The notes beneath the pieces were generated by a model. That model searched no databases. It was not told the DNA's origin and saw nothing but the letters and a program-made list of their open reading frames with translations. Made by a program: the position numbers and the translations under genes. DNA of 64,000 bases, taken from the NCBI GenBank assembly GCA_016649875.1, contig JAENWW010000002.1, positions 84,851 to 148,850 on the forward strand, read 5' to 3'. The stretch's first letter is position 1. Every line of letters starts with the position of its first letter. This DNA is from Coriobacteriia bacterium (lineage in GTDB: Bacteria > Actinomycetota > Coriobacteriia > WRKU01 > JAENWW01). Of this stretch, positions 19,005 through 30,082 are shown piece by piece.

Positions 19005-20018
19005 ATGCAAAAAAACGGACCGACTTCACATGTGCTAGTTGCCGTTCTCTGTGTCACCTTGCTTTCCGGTGTGTTGGTCGGGTGTTCGGATTCCGGCAAG
19101 AACGCCGCGAAAGTCAACGGCACGCCGATTACCACGGTGGCGCTCGATGCCGAAGTGGCAAAACTCAAAATTCAACAACCTTCGATTTTCAAATCGGGCT
19201 CGGGCACGAGTGAAGGGACGATTCGTTCCACACTTCTTGATGAGTTGGTCGACCAAGAGTTGCTCACGGAAGAGGCGAAGAAACAAAATATCACCGTCAC
19301 CGATGCCGTGGTGGCGCAAAATCTCGCAAGTTTGAAAGCGGGCTATAGCGATGATGCGCAGTTCGAGGCAGCGCTGAAAAGTGCCGGATACACGCTCGAT
19401 ACGATTCAGGCTGAAGTAAAGTGGGAGCTCATGTCGAACGCGATTCTTGCCAAACTCGTTCCGGTGTCCTCTGTCACCGATAAAGAGGCGCTCGCCTATT
19501 ACAACAGCAATAAAACCAAGTTCAAAGTCGATGCGGCAAAGCGTTCGTCGCATATTCTATTCGCCGCCAAAGACGAAGCGACCGCGAAGAAAGTACTCGA
19601 GCAGCTTCAGGAAGGTGCGAATTTCGCCGCCATGGCCAAGGAGTATTCGACCGATACCGCAAGTGCGCAAAACGGCGGAGATCTCGGTTGGCCGACGCAG
19701 TCATACGCGACTGAATTTCAAAATGCCGTCGACAAGCTCGGGAAAGGCGAAATGTCGGGGCTTGTGAAGAGCTCCTTCGGATGGCACATAATCAAAGTGA
19801 CCGATACCCGTAAAGCCGGGCAAGAAAGCTTCAAGGCCGCAAAAGAAACCGTTGTACAAACGCTTCTCTCCTCCAAACGCCAATCAGCGAACAGTACGCT
19901 CGTTAAAAAGTTGAGATCTTCGGCAAAAATCGAGATTCTCGACCCCGTGGCGAAAAAAGCGAAATCTGCTGCCTCCACAAGCGGCAGTGCAAGTGCCGCT
20001 ACACTGTCGACCAAGTAA
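19005..20018 (+). CDS. Lipoprotein parvulin-type peptidyl-prolyl cis-trans isomerase (PrsA/SurA-like)
   Basis: Signal peptide with lipobox LLSGVLVGC. SurA_N-like chaperone region. PpiC domain SSHILF...GGDLGW...FGWHIIKV. Confidence 0.7.
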   Translation: MQKNGPTSHVLVAVLCVTLLSGVLVGCSDSGKNAAKVNGTPITTVALDAEVAKLKIQQPSIFKSGSGTSEGTIRSTLLDELVDQELLTEEAKKQNITVTDAVVAQNLASLKAGYSDDAQFEAALKSAGYTLDTIQAEVKWELMSNAILAKLVPVSSVTDKEALAYYNSNKTKFKVDAAKRSSHILFAAKDEATAKKVLEQLQEGANFAAMAKEYSTDTASAQNGGDLGWPTQSYATEFQNAVDKLGKGEMSGLVKSSFGWHIIKVTDTRKAGQESFKAAKETVVQTLLSSKRQSANSTLVKKLRSSAKIEILDPVAKKAKSAASTSGSASAATLSTK

Positions 20019-20019
20019 A

Positions 20020-22193
<2,174 letters not shown>

Positions 22194-22214
22194 AGAACCA
22201 GCGAGGACATTCCT

Positions 22215-23081
22215 ATGAAATTCCTGACCCCTGATGCTCGTTTCGGTGCAACGCTCGAATCGTTACTCGATCGGCGTGAACGTGCGGCGATTCACGAGGG
22301 GTCGGCTTTCGGCGAACACGTGTTGTCTCGAAAGCTCATCTCGGGCCTTGCTCCTTATGTACACGCAGGTATCGAAGTGCTCGAGGTCGACCCTGGCCCC
22401 GGGCATCTGACGAAAGGGTTGCTCAAATGCGGTGCGCGAATCACCGCACTCGAGCCGTCTCCTCTGTTCGTCAGTGATTTGCAGGCGCTCGGTGACGGCG
22501 AGAACTTGACGATTTTCGAGGGATTTACCGAAAATCTTCCCGGGGATGCTCACTTCGATGTCGCTTTAGTGTCCTTTCCCGCACGGCGGGGGGCGGGGTT
22601 GCTTGCGCTCGTCAACGAAATCGCTCCTCTCGTAGCCGGAAAGGTACTCGTCGTTTTACCGGATGACGGCTCGCTTGATTGGGCGTATCTTTCGCGCGCC
22701 TGTGCTATCGAGGGTTTCCAAGTCCGCACCGAGTTTTACATCGAAAGTGAAAAGATATCGATTCATGATATGAAACGAGCCGTATTGTTGGTGATTGAAA
22801 AAGTCGGTCCTTATCGCGACTTGCGTCTCGACGGTGTGTGGGAACTCGAAGCTCGCACGATCCACGTTCCCTATCCCGTTCCTCGGGGGGCGGCGACTCG
22901 GCTTGTGCGCTACTTCGTCGCCGGAGGAGACAGGGCGGTACTCATCGCCACCGAACCGCTCGGGCTCAATCGCCTCTATGGTAATCTCCGCACCGCTGCG
23001 CATCGAATCGCGCGAGATGAAGTAACCGTTCGCAGAGTCGACGATGGAGTACAACTCATGCTTATTCCGAAGACGGATTGA
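22215..23081 (+). CDS. Hypothetical protein with N-terminal class I SAM-methyltransferase-like fold (putative)
   Basis: VLEVDPGPGHLTKGLL resembles SAM-binding motif I. ARITALEPSP and FDVALVSFP resemble post-I and motif II. The C-terminal ~130 aa has no recognisable motif. The gene sits between eno and ftsB. Confidence 0.4.
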   Translation: MKFLTPDARFGATLESLLDRRERAAIHEGSAFGEHVLSRKLISGLAPYVHAGIEVLEVDPGPGHLTKGLLKCGARITALEPSPLFVSDLQALGDGENLTIFEGFTENLPGDAHFDVALVSFPARRGAGLLALVNEIAPLVAGKVLVVLPDDGSLDWAYLSRACAIEGFQVRTEFYIESEKISIHDMKRAVLLVIEKVGPYRDLRLDGVWELEARTIHVPYPVPRGAATRLVRYFVAGGDRAVLIATEPLGLNRLYGNLRTAAHRIARDEVTVRRVDDGVQLMLIPKTD

Positions 23082-23084
23082 TCG

Positions 23085-23546
23085 ATGTCGGATACACCGC
23101 GTCGACGCGGTAAAACTAAAGCGGATTCAACTGCGCAAAAAGCGGGCATTTCATTTTTCGCGCGTAAACGCGTTTTGATTCCTTTGGCGAGCTTGGCGAT
23201 TCTTGCTGCAATCGGCTTCATGTATTATGCCCCTCTCAAAATTTTGTATCGGGAGGCTCGCCAGGAGCGTGTTTTGCGCGAGCAACTCGTGGCAGTTCAG
23301 CAGTATAACGTGACCGTAAAACAAGAAATTGTCTCGCTTGAAACCACGGAGGGCACAGAGGATTACGCCCGTAGCCAACTCGGACTGGTAAAAAAAGGCG
23401 ATCATATGGTGGTGGTTCTTCAGGGTGGGAAAAGAGTGACCGTTTCGGAACAATCACGCGAGAAGCAAATACAAGAACTTGAAGTTACGGCAAAACCCTT
23501 CGGCATATGGACTCCGTTTTTAGATGCACTCTTCCAGATTAAATAG
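23085..23546 (+). CDS. Septum formation initiator family protein (FtsB/DivIC-like)
   Basis: Basic N-terminus, a single TM (LIPLASLAILAAIGFMYYA), and a coiled-coil REQLVAVQQYNVTVKQEIVSLETTEG...ARSQLGLVKKGDHMVVV typical of DivIC/FtsB. Conserved position after eno. Confidence 0.6.
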   Translation: MSDTPRRRGKTKADSTAQKAGISFFARKRVLIPLASLAILAAIGFMYYAPLKILYREARQERVLREQLVAVQQYNVTVKQEIVSLETTEGTEDYARSQLGLVKKGDHMVVVLQGGKRVTVSEQSREKQIQELEVTAKPFGIWTPFLDALFQIK

Positions 23547-24033
23547 TATTGTTTCACGCCAACTCGGACGGTCGCCGCGATTGCCGTGGCGTGTCGTGAA
23601 GACCTGCCGTTTCGAGTTTCCCCAAGTAATCGTTTCCCCCTCGTTGCTCGATGACGGAGACAGATTTCCGAACTGGGCGTATTTGTCCTGTCCCCATTTG
23701 GTTCGAAAAATCTCTCGAATCGAGGCGGAGGGCGGAGTTTCCCGGTGGGCTGCTCGCGTTTCGAGTGAGGAGAATCTTCGCAGCTGTCTCGAGCGACTCG
23801 ATACGGAAGTTCGAGAAGTGCGTCTTCTTGAATGCCGCAGCTCAGGTCAAGACGATGATGTGTGCGAAGATGTCGGTTTGGCCGGGCAACGCAATATCTA
23901 CGGCGTGAAATGTCTGCACATCCATGTGGCCTATGCCTTGGCGGGTCTCCATGATCCTATCGGAAATGAAATTCTTGAAGAATTGCGCTTCGAAGGGAAC
24001 GAATCATGCAAAGGGGGAGAACCATGCGCATAG
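23524..24033 (+). CDS. DUF501 domain protein
   Basis: VSRQLGRSPRL...FPNWAYLSCPHL...KCLHIHVAYALAG matches the DUF501 family found between ftsB and ppx in Actinobacteria. The start is uncertain; the ORF overlaps the ftsB-like 3' end. Confidence 0.6.
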   Translation: MHSSRLNSIVSRQLGRSPRLPWRVVKTCRFEFPQVIVSPSLLDDGDRFPNWAYLSCPHLVRKISRIEAEGGVSRWAARVSSEENLRSCLERLDTEVREVRLLECRSSGQDDDVCEDVGLAGQRNIYGVKCLHIHVAYALAGLHDPIGNEILEELRFEGNESCKGGEPCA

Positions 24034-24932
24034 CTGCAATCGATATCGGCACCGTTACGGCGCGTCTGCTCATCGCCGATGTGTATGAGGGCGTGATCGG
24101 CGAGGTCGTTCGCGATATCGAAATCACACAACTCGGCTCACGCCTATCTCAGAGTGGGGCGTTAAGTGATACCGGTATGCAAAACGTGTATGAAGCAGTG
24201 CGGCGTTTTGTGGTGAAAATTTCAGAGAGCAAAGTCGACAAGATCATCTGCACCGCCACGAGTGCGGCTCGCGACGCACATAACGGCGAGGCGTTCAAAG
24301 TCGGCTTGCGCGCCTGCGGCATCGAGCCTCATATCATTTCCGGACAAACGGAGGCGAGACTCTCCTTTCGCGGTGCGACCTACCGGAGACGGGGCGACGA
24401 TCTCCTCGTCATCGATCCCGGCGGAGGTTCGACTGAATTCATTTTTCGAGCCGGTGAAAACGATGCCGTCATCGCACAGTCGATGGATATCGGCTCCCGT
24501 CGTCTCACCGATATGTTCATCCGTCATGACCCGGTATCACCGGAAGAACTTGCAGACATTCGGACTTACATCAAAAAAATCGCCGGTGAATATTTCTTGA
24601 AGTTGCCTCATGCTCCGCGCGAGCTCGTCGCGGTGGCGGGGACTGCGACCACGTTGGTGACCATGAAATATGAGATGGCGGACTATGATCCTCTTTTCGT
24701 TCACGGGAAGGTCATAACGCGCGAGGATTTATCGCATAGTATCGAGCAACTTTGCGCAAAAACGCAAAAAGAGCGCGAAGCTATGCCGGGGCTCGAACCG
24801 AAAAGAGCTTCGGTGATATTGGCCGGATGTCTGATAATAGAACAGGTATTGGAGATTTCGCGCCTTTCGATGCTTACCATTAGCGATTACGACATTCTCT
24901 ATGGCATAATTTTGAGTGTTGATTTATTCTAG
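24024..24932 (+). CDS. ppx: Exopolyphosphatase / guanosine pentaphosphate phosphohydrolase family (Ppx/GppA)
   Basis: MRIAAIDIGTVTARLLIADV (ASKHA fold N-terminus), then DPGGGSTEF and AGTATTL motifs. Start ATG at 24024 with an AAGGGGGAGA RBS. Confidence 0.8.
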   Translation: MRIAAIDIGTVTARLLIADVYEGVIGEVVRDIEITQLGSRLSQSGALSDTGMQNVYEAVRRFVVKISESKVDKIICTATSAARDAHNGEAFKVGLRACGIEPHIISGQTEARLSFRGATYRRRGDDLLVIDPGGGSTEFIFRAGENDAVIAQSMDIGSRRLTDMFIRHDPVSPEELADIRTYIKKIAGEYFLKLPHAPRELVAVAGTATTLVTMKYEMADYDPLFVHGKVITREDLSHSIEQLCAKTQKEREAMPGLEPKRASVILAGCLIIEQVLEISRLSMLTISDYDILYGIILSVDLF

Positions 24933-24992
24933 AAAAGTGTGAATTGCGTGGCGTGTGTGCGGATTGTCGTCCGCACGTCATGAAAACTGCAT

Positions 24993-25068
24993 GGGGGTGT
25001 ATTCCAACGGCAGAGAAAGAGGACTTAAAATCCTTACAGTGTGGGTTCGAATCCCACCACCCCTACCA
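24993..25068 (+). tRNA. tRNA with anticodon UAA (formally Leu-UUA-decoding) but class I geometry: 76 nt, 5-nt variable loop, CCA encoded
   Basis: Manual fold gives acceptor GGGGGTG/CACCCCT (G1-U72), U8, and a D-arm with GG. Anticodon stem GAGGA/TCCTT with loop CTTAAAA (anticodon TAA at 25026-25028). Variable loop ACAGT. T-arm GTGGG-TTCGAAT-CCCAC. A73 then CCA. Confidence 0.6.
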
Positions 25069-25153
25069 CTGCAAAACCACGTCGCTTGATCTTTTCGAGA
25101 TTGAGCGGCTGTTTTTCGAATCGATACCGTGAATTGCGGATATAATCAAAATC

Positions 25154-26218
25154 ATGGATGAAGCAAAAAAAATACGCCTGACTCAAATGTCGAGCAAAGC
25201 CGGTTGAGCAGCGAAGTGGGGTCCGGCGGATCTCAAAGCGGTGCTGGATAAAATCGATCCCGGACAGAGCGACAATCTCATGCTCGGGTTCGAAACAAGC
25301 GACGATGCGGCTGTCTACAAGCTAACCGACGACATCGCCGGCTTGATGACGATTGACTTTTTCACGCCGATTGTCGATGACCCCTATGACTTCGGCCGCA
25401 TCACCGCGGCCAACGCGCTTTCGGACATATACGCCATGGGAGGCAAACCGCTCACCGCGTTGAACATGATTGCGTTTCCGTGTTCTTTGGGTCCCGACAT
25501 CGTCGGCGAAGTGGTGCGGGGCGGCGCCGAGAAAGTCGCGGAAGCCGGTGCAGTCGTCGTCGGCGGACACACGATAGACGATAAAGAACCGAAGTACGGT
25601 CTCTCGGTCTTCGGAGTCGTGAATCCTCTCAAGGTGCTTCGTAACAAGGGAGCGCGTGAGGCTGACGCAATCGTCGTCACCAAGGCGCTTGGCACCGGTC
25701 TATGGGGAACAGCCATTAAGCGCGGTGTGGCCGACGAGACAACCGCCCACGAGGCAATCGAATCCATGGCCAAACTCAATAAATACGCATGCGAGGCTCT
25801 CGAGGGAGTCGATGTCCATGCCCTTACCGACATCACCGGGTTCGGACTCGCCGGTCATCTGCACGAAATGGCGGAGGCGAGCGGTGTGGCCGCCCACATT
25901 GAGACGGAGTGCATACCTCTACTCGAGCAGGTCTATGAACTTTCAACCGGGAATGTGGTTCCGGGTCGCACGGCGGATATCATCGCTTGGACCCGAGAGT
26001 TTTTATCCTGGTCGGCCGAAAGTTATTCTCAGGAGGAGCGCCGCACGTGGATGCAAATTCTCTGTGATCCTCAAACAAGCGGCGGGCTTATGATTGCAAT
26101 GCCTCAAAACCAGGTTGAAACGTATTACGACAATCTCATCCGTATCGATTCGGATGCGATATGCGCAGTCGTCGGAACGTTCGAGCACGGAACTCCGGGC
26201 AAAATCACCATTAATTAG
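25154..26218 (+). CDS. selD: Selenide, water dikinase SelD, selenocysteine-containing (in-frame TGA)
   Basis: The 25241..26218 ORF has SelD motifs (DDAAVYKL, FFTPIVDDPYDFGRITAANALSDIYAMGGKP). Reading upstream in frame gives MDEAKKIRLTQMSSKAG-TGA-AAKWGPADLKAVL. This matches the E. coli N-terminus [30 protein letters not shown], with Sec at the catalytic Cys17 position. The TGA is at about 25205-25207 and the ATG at about 25154 (+/-1 nt counting uncertainty). A hairpin GGGGTCC-GGC-GGATCTC begins 11 nt after the TGA. Confidence 0.85.
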
Positions 26219-26285
26219 CTCGAAATATTTCTCAAATATCAATTATTATTATAATAACTATCAGCACTTTCAAAAAGGAGGCGGT

Positions 26286-26624
26286 ATGAAAAAATTCATG
26301 GTGCTTGCAACAGACGCAATCGGCAAGGGGAACGATGAGCTCGGCGCGATTCTCACACGTGTTTTTTTGACTTGTTTGGGGCAGGGGGAAGAGGTGCCCG
26401 AAGTTCTCGCTCTCATGAATGCAGGCGTTAAGTTGGCGTGTGAGGGCTCCGAAGTCCTCGATGAGCTCAGGGCCGTTGAAGCGCGAGGCGTGAAGATAAA
26501 AGCCTGTGGAACGTGTCTCGACTTTTTCGGAATCCGTGAGCAACTGATGGTCGGTGAGGCGGGAAAGATGCCCGATACCGTCGCAGCGCTCATGACGGCC
26601 GAGGACTCGATTGTAATCTCTTAA
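26286..26624 (+). CDS. Small DsrE/DsrF-like (YedF C-terminal-domain-like) protein, putative sulfur/selenium relay protein
   Basis: 112 aa, MKKFMVLATDAIGKGNDELG...KACGTCLDFFGI. Good RBS AAAGGAGG 6 nt upstream of ATG 26286. Located between selD and selA. The 176-aa track ORF is an artefactual 5' extension through an AT-rich promoter region. Confidence 0.5.
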   Translation: MKKFMVLATDAIGKGNDELGAILTRVFLTCLGQGEEVPEVLALMNAGVKLACEGSEVLDELRAVEARGVKIKACGTCLDFFGIREQLMVGEAGKMPDTVAALMTAEDSIVIS

Positions 26625-26698
26625 AAGAGCGCCTCGTTTCGGGTCCGTTTGTTGAAGCCGCAGGCGCGATTCAGGGATACATACGCTACAATGCAAGT

Positions 26699-28126
26699 AT
26701 GAAAACAAACATCACCACACAAGACCTTTTCAGATCATTGCCCAAGGTCGATGAAGTTCTCTCCGCGGAACAAGTCGCCGCGCTGCTACCGGCGGTTCCG
26801 CGCTCGGTGGTGCTTACTTCGGCACGTACTGCGATAGAAAATATGCGATCTGCCATCGCCACCGGGTCGCGAGCAGAACCGGTGTCACTTGCCGAAGTGG
26901 TGGCGGATACCATCTCAAGTGCACATATTCGTATGCAACCTTCGTTGCGAAGAGTCATCAATGCAACGGGTATAATCATTCACACGAATTTGGGACGGAG
27001 CATTTTGGCCGATTCGGCCGCCGAAGCGGTGCAAGAGGTAGCCTCGCATTATTCGACATTGGAATACAACTATGAAAGAGGCGTCCGCGGCTCACGCCAT
27101 GATCATGTAGAGTCTCTTCTTTGCGAGCTCACCGGAGCTGAGGCGGCTCTTGCGGTCAACAACAATGCGGCGGCGGTCATGATGTGTATCGCTTGTTTTT
27201 CACGTGGCCGGGAGGCAATCGTTTCTCGGGGGCAACTCGTCGAAATCGGCGGTTCGTTTCGTGTTCCCGACATCATGGCGGAGTCCGGTGCGCACATGGT
27301 GGAAGTGGGAGCGACGAACAAAACGCATCTTAAAGACTACGAAAATGCGACCAATGAGAAAACAGGTTTGTATCTCAAGGTCCATTCGTCCAATTACCGC
27401 GTGATCGGATTCACTTCGGAAGTCGAACTCGCCGAGCTTGTGGACCTCGGTGCGAAACATGACATTCCGGTTATGGAGGACCAAGGGTCCGGTGTTTTGC
27501 TCGATTTGAGAAAGTACGGTTTGCCCTATGAACCGACGGTTTCCGAATCGGTGAAAGCAGGGGCGAGCATCGTGACTTTTTCGGGAGATAAGCTTCTCGG
27601 GGGTCCCCAGGCAGGTATCATCGTCGGCAAATCTGAGGCGATTGCCCGGTTGAAAGCCCACCCTCTCGCCCGCGTGCTTCGTCTCGATAAGATGACCTTG
27701 GCCGCGCTGGAAGCCACGTTGATGATTTATCGCGATGAAGACAGGGCGGTTGAAGAAATTCCCACGCTTCACGCTTTGACGATGGATCTCGAAGAGTGCA
27801 AGACACGTGCGAACGGACTCGCCGAGTCTCTCCTCGAAGCTTTGAGAAAAGAAGGTCTACTCGGCACTGTGGATATTTCCGTCGATGTCGATATCGCTCG
27901 CGCCGGCGGAGGGTCGCTGCCTTTGGCCGACATTCCGACCGCTGTACTCTCGTTGAGATTCGAAGACGTTTCCGCCACTGAAGTCGAGCGTCTCTTGCGT
28001 ATCGATTCGCCGGTTCCCATCGTCGCGCGTATAAACGATGAGAGATTGCTCATCGATCCGCGTACGTTCGTGTCTGATGATGCATCTGTCGTCGTGGAGC
28101 AACTATGCAAAATACTGCGCCGCTGA
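26699..28126 (+). CDS. selA: L-seryl-tRNA(Sec) selenium transferase (selenocysteine synthase)
   Basis: 475 aa. SLPKVDEVL N-terminal motif. RVINATGIIIHTNLGRSILADSAAEAV (compare E. coli INATGTVLHTNLGRA). PLP-lysine region FSGDKLLGGPQAGII. Confidence 0.9.
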   Translation: MKTNITTQDLFRSLPKVDEVLSAEQVAALLPAVPRSVVLTSARTAIENMRSAIATGSRAEPVSLAEVVADTISSAHIRMQPSLRRVINATGIIIHTNLGRSILADSAAEAVQEVASHYSTLEYNYERGVRGSRHDHVESLLCELTGAEAALAVNNNAAAVMMCIACFSRGREAIVSRGQLVEIGGSFRVPDIMAESGAHMVEVGATNKTHLKDYENATNEKTGLYLKVHSSNYRVIGFTSEVELAELVDLGAKHDIPVMEDQGSGVLLDLRKYGLPYEPTVSESVKAGASIVTFSGDKLLGGPQAGIIVGKSEAIARLKAHPLARVLRLDKMTLAALEATLMIYRDEDRAVEEIPTLHALTMDLEECKTRANGLAESLLEALRKEGLLGTVDISVDVDIARAGGGSLPLADIPTAVLSLRFEDVSATEVERLLRIDSPVPIVARINDERLLIDPRTFVSDDASVVVEQLCKILRR

Positions 28127-30039
28127 TTCTGGGCACCGCCGGTCATATCGACCACGGAAAATCAACTTTGATAAAGGCTTTGACGGGCGTGGACCCCGAT
28201 CGCCTCGCCGAAGAAAAAGAGCGAGGCATCACCATCGAACTCGGTTTCGCCGAGTTGGTGACACCGAAAGGTGTGCACTTCGGCGTCGTCGATGTTCCCG
28301 GACATGAGAAGTTCGTGCGCCACATGGTTTCCGGTGCCGCCGGAATCGATGTCGCATTGCTGGTAATCGCTGCCGATGACGGAATCATGGTGCAAACGCG
28401 TGAGCATGCGGCCATTCTCAATTTGCTCGGTGTGGAACATGCGGTCGTCGCATTGACTAAAATCGATAGGGTCGAGGCGGACTGGGCCGATCTCGTCGAA
28501 ATGGATATAGAAACCCTTTTAGAGGGAACTCTTCTCGAAGGGTCGCCCGTCGTTCGCGTTTCATCGACGACCGGACGCGGCATCGAGGCGTTGCTAAGCG
28601 CACTCGACGACACTGCCGAAAAGATTGCTGAGCGGGGACGGACAAACAATACGTCCGTCGCTCGGCTTCCGATCGATCGCGTTTTCACCATCTCGGGGGC
28701 CGGGACGGTCGTGACGGGCACGTTATGGTCGGGGGCGATAGTGCTCGGCGATGAGCTGGAAGAGGTGTCCGCACACAAGAAAGTCCGCGTGCGCGGTATC
28801 CAAGTCCATAACGTCGATGTAGAACAAGCGTTGGCCGGAATGCGTGTCGCACTCAATCTATCGAATATCGATAAGTCCGAGGTATCTCGGGGCGACATGC
28901 TTGCCACGCGGGGTGCGCTTCGCGAAACGAATATCTTCAACGCAATCTTTACCTACATCGGCTCCGAGTCCTCGGAAAGCGACACCAAGCCGTTGAAGAG
29001 CGGGACTCGTGTTCACGTCCATCATGGAACCGTCGCAACTGTCGGCCAGATTTTTTTCTTCGACGAAAAGTCGATCCGGCCGAACCGGAGCGTCTTCGCT
29101 CAGATACGTTTGGAAAAACCGATAGCTCCCGTTTATCTCGACCATTTCATCATTCGAAGCTTTTCACCGGTTTTCACCATCGGAGGAGGCGTCGTCCTCG
29201 ATGCGTCTCCTGCAAAGCGTACGCGAATCTCTGCCGATGAGCACGACTTGCTCGAGGCGCTTGCGAGTCGAGATTACGAAAAGGCCGCATGCGAACTCCT
29301 CGTCGTCAAAAAGGAACCCCTGAGCAGTGCGATGATTGCCGGGCTGCTCGGATGCGAGCGGAGCCGCGTTGCAACTGCGCTCAATACTTCGAACGCAGCG
29401 CGCATCAAAGTCGCCAAAGAGACGCTGTTCGTCGATCCTCTCGTATACGACCATGTCGCCGCAGCGATAAAGACCGAGCTTCTCGCGCTCTACGACAGGT
29501 ATCCTTCTGAGCATGCTTTCTCCCTTCCGATGCTCAAAGACCGAGTCGATACGCGGATGACACCGGAGGTTTTTGCGGCATTCGCCGAAATCGCCGCCGA
29601 AGCGCCGGAAATCGAACTTGTCGCCGGTCGAATCAGCCATTCCGGGGCCGCGTCGAATATCCATGCGCTCGAAGATGAGATTGCACGACAGGCGCTCGCT
29701 CGTATCGGGCACCGGGGGTTGGAAGTCGAAACGACCGCTGAACTGGCGAGAGCGCTGGGGGCGGATTCAAAGTTCGTCGGTCGCATTCTCGGACGAATCG
29801 CCTCCGAAGGGGGACTCATCCGCCTCGCGGGGGATTTGCATTTTTTGCCCGGAGATGTCTCAAAAGCTGAAGAAATCGTGAAGAAGGCACTGCGAGATGC
29901 GACTGCCGAGGCACCCGTATCTGCCTCGGAATTGTGCGCTGCAATGGGTTTGAGCAGGAAGTATGCCATTCCGCTTCTCGAGTACTTCGATTCGCAGGGT
30001 GTTACGCGTCGAATCGGCAATGGGAGAATTCTCGTTTGA
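28105..30039 (+). CDS. selB: Selenocysteine-specific translation elongation factor SelB
   Basis: 644 aa. GTPase N-terminus ILGTAGHIDHGKSTLIKALTG, DVPGHEKF, NKID. Long C-terminal winged-helix extension as in SelB. Overlaps selA by 22 nt. Confidence 0.9.
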   Translation: MQNTAPLILGTAGHIDHGKSTLIKALTGVDPDRLAEEKERGITIELGFAELVTPKGVHFGVVDVPGHEKFVRHMVSGAAGIDVALLVIAADDGIMVQTREHAAILNLLGVEHAVVALTKIDRVEADWADLVEMDIETLLEGTLLEGSPVVRVSSTTGRGIEALLSALDDTAEKIAERGRTNNTSVARLPIDRVFTISGAGTVVTGTLWSGAIVLGDELEEVSAHKKVRVRGIQVHNVDVEQALAGMRVALNLSNIDKSEVSRGDMLATRGALRETNIFNAIFTYIGSESSESDTKPLKSGTRVHVHHGTVATVGQIFFFDEKSIRPNRSVFAQIRLEKPIAPVYLDHFIIRSFSPVFTIGGGVVLDASPAKRTRISADEHDLLEALASRDYEKAACELLVVKKEPLSSAMIAGLLGCERSRVATALNTSNAARIKVAKETLFVDPLVYDHVAAAIKTELLALYDRYPSEHAFSLPMLKDRVDTRMTPEVFAAFAEIAAEAPEIELVAGRISHSGAASNIHALEDEIARQALARIGHRGLEVETTAELARALGADSKFVGRILGRIASEGGLIRLAGDLHFLPGDVSKAEEIVKKALRDATAEAPVSASELCAAMGLSRKYAIPLLEYFDSQGVTRRIGNGRILV

Positions 30040-30082
30040 CAATGGGCGTGATTATTCCCACAATGGTAAAGCTTGTAAACTC

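Noticed and set aside
24993-25068. Considered whether the UAA-anticodon tRNA next to selD is the tRNA-Sec (its anticodon arm is one base different from E. coli selC)
   Set aside because: It is only 76 nt, has a 7-bp acceptor and a normal 4-bp D-stem with a 5-nt variable loop, and its anticodon is UAA, not UCA. A genuine tRNA-Sec (97 nt, 6-bp D-stem/4-nt D-loop, UCA) lies at 30083..30179.
24944-25132. 62-aa ORF in the track overlapping the tRNA
   Set aside because: It is fully occupied by the tRNA gene and its flanks, and it has no RBS.
26094-26285. 5' extension of the DsrE-like ORF (176-aa version)
   Set aside because: It overlaps the selD 3' end and an AT-rich promoter region. Its translation is low-complexity (NINYYYNNYQ). 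A strong RBS sits at the internal ATG 26286.
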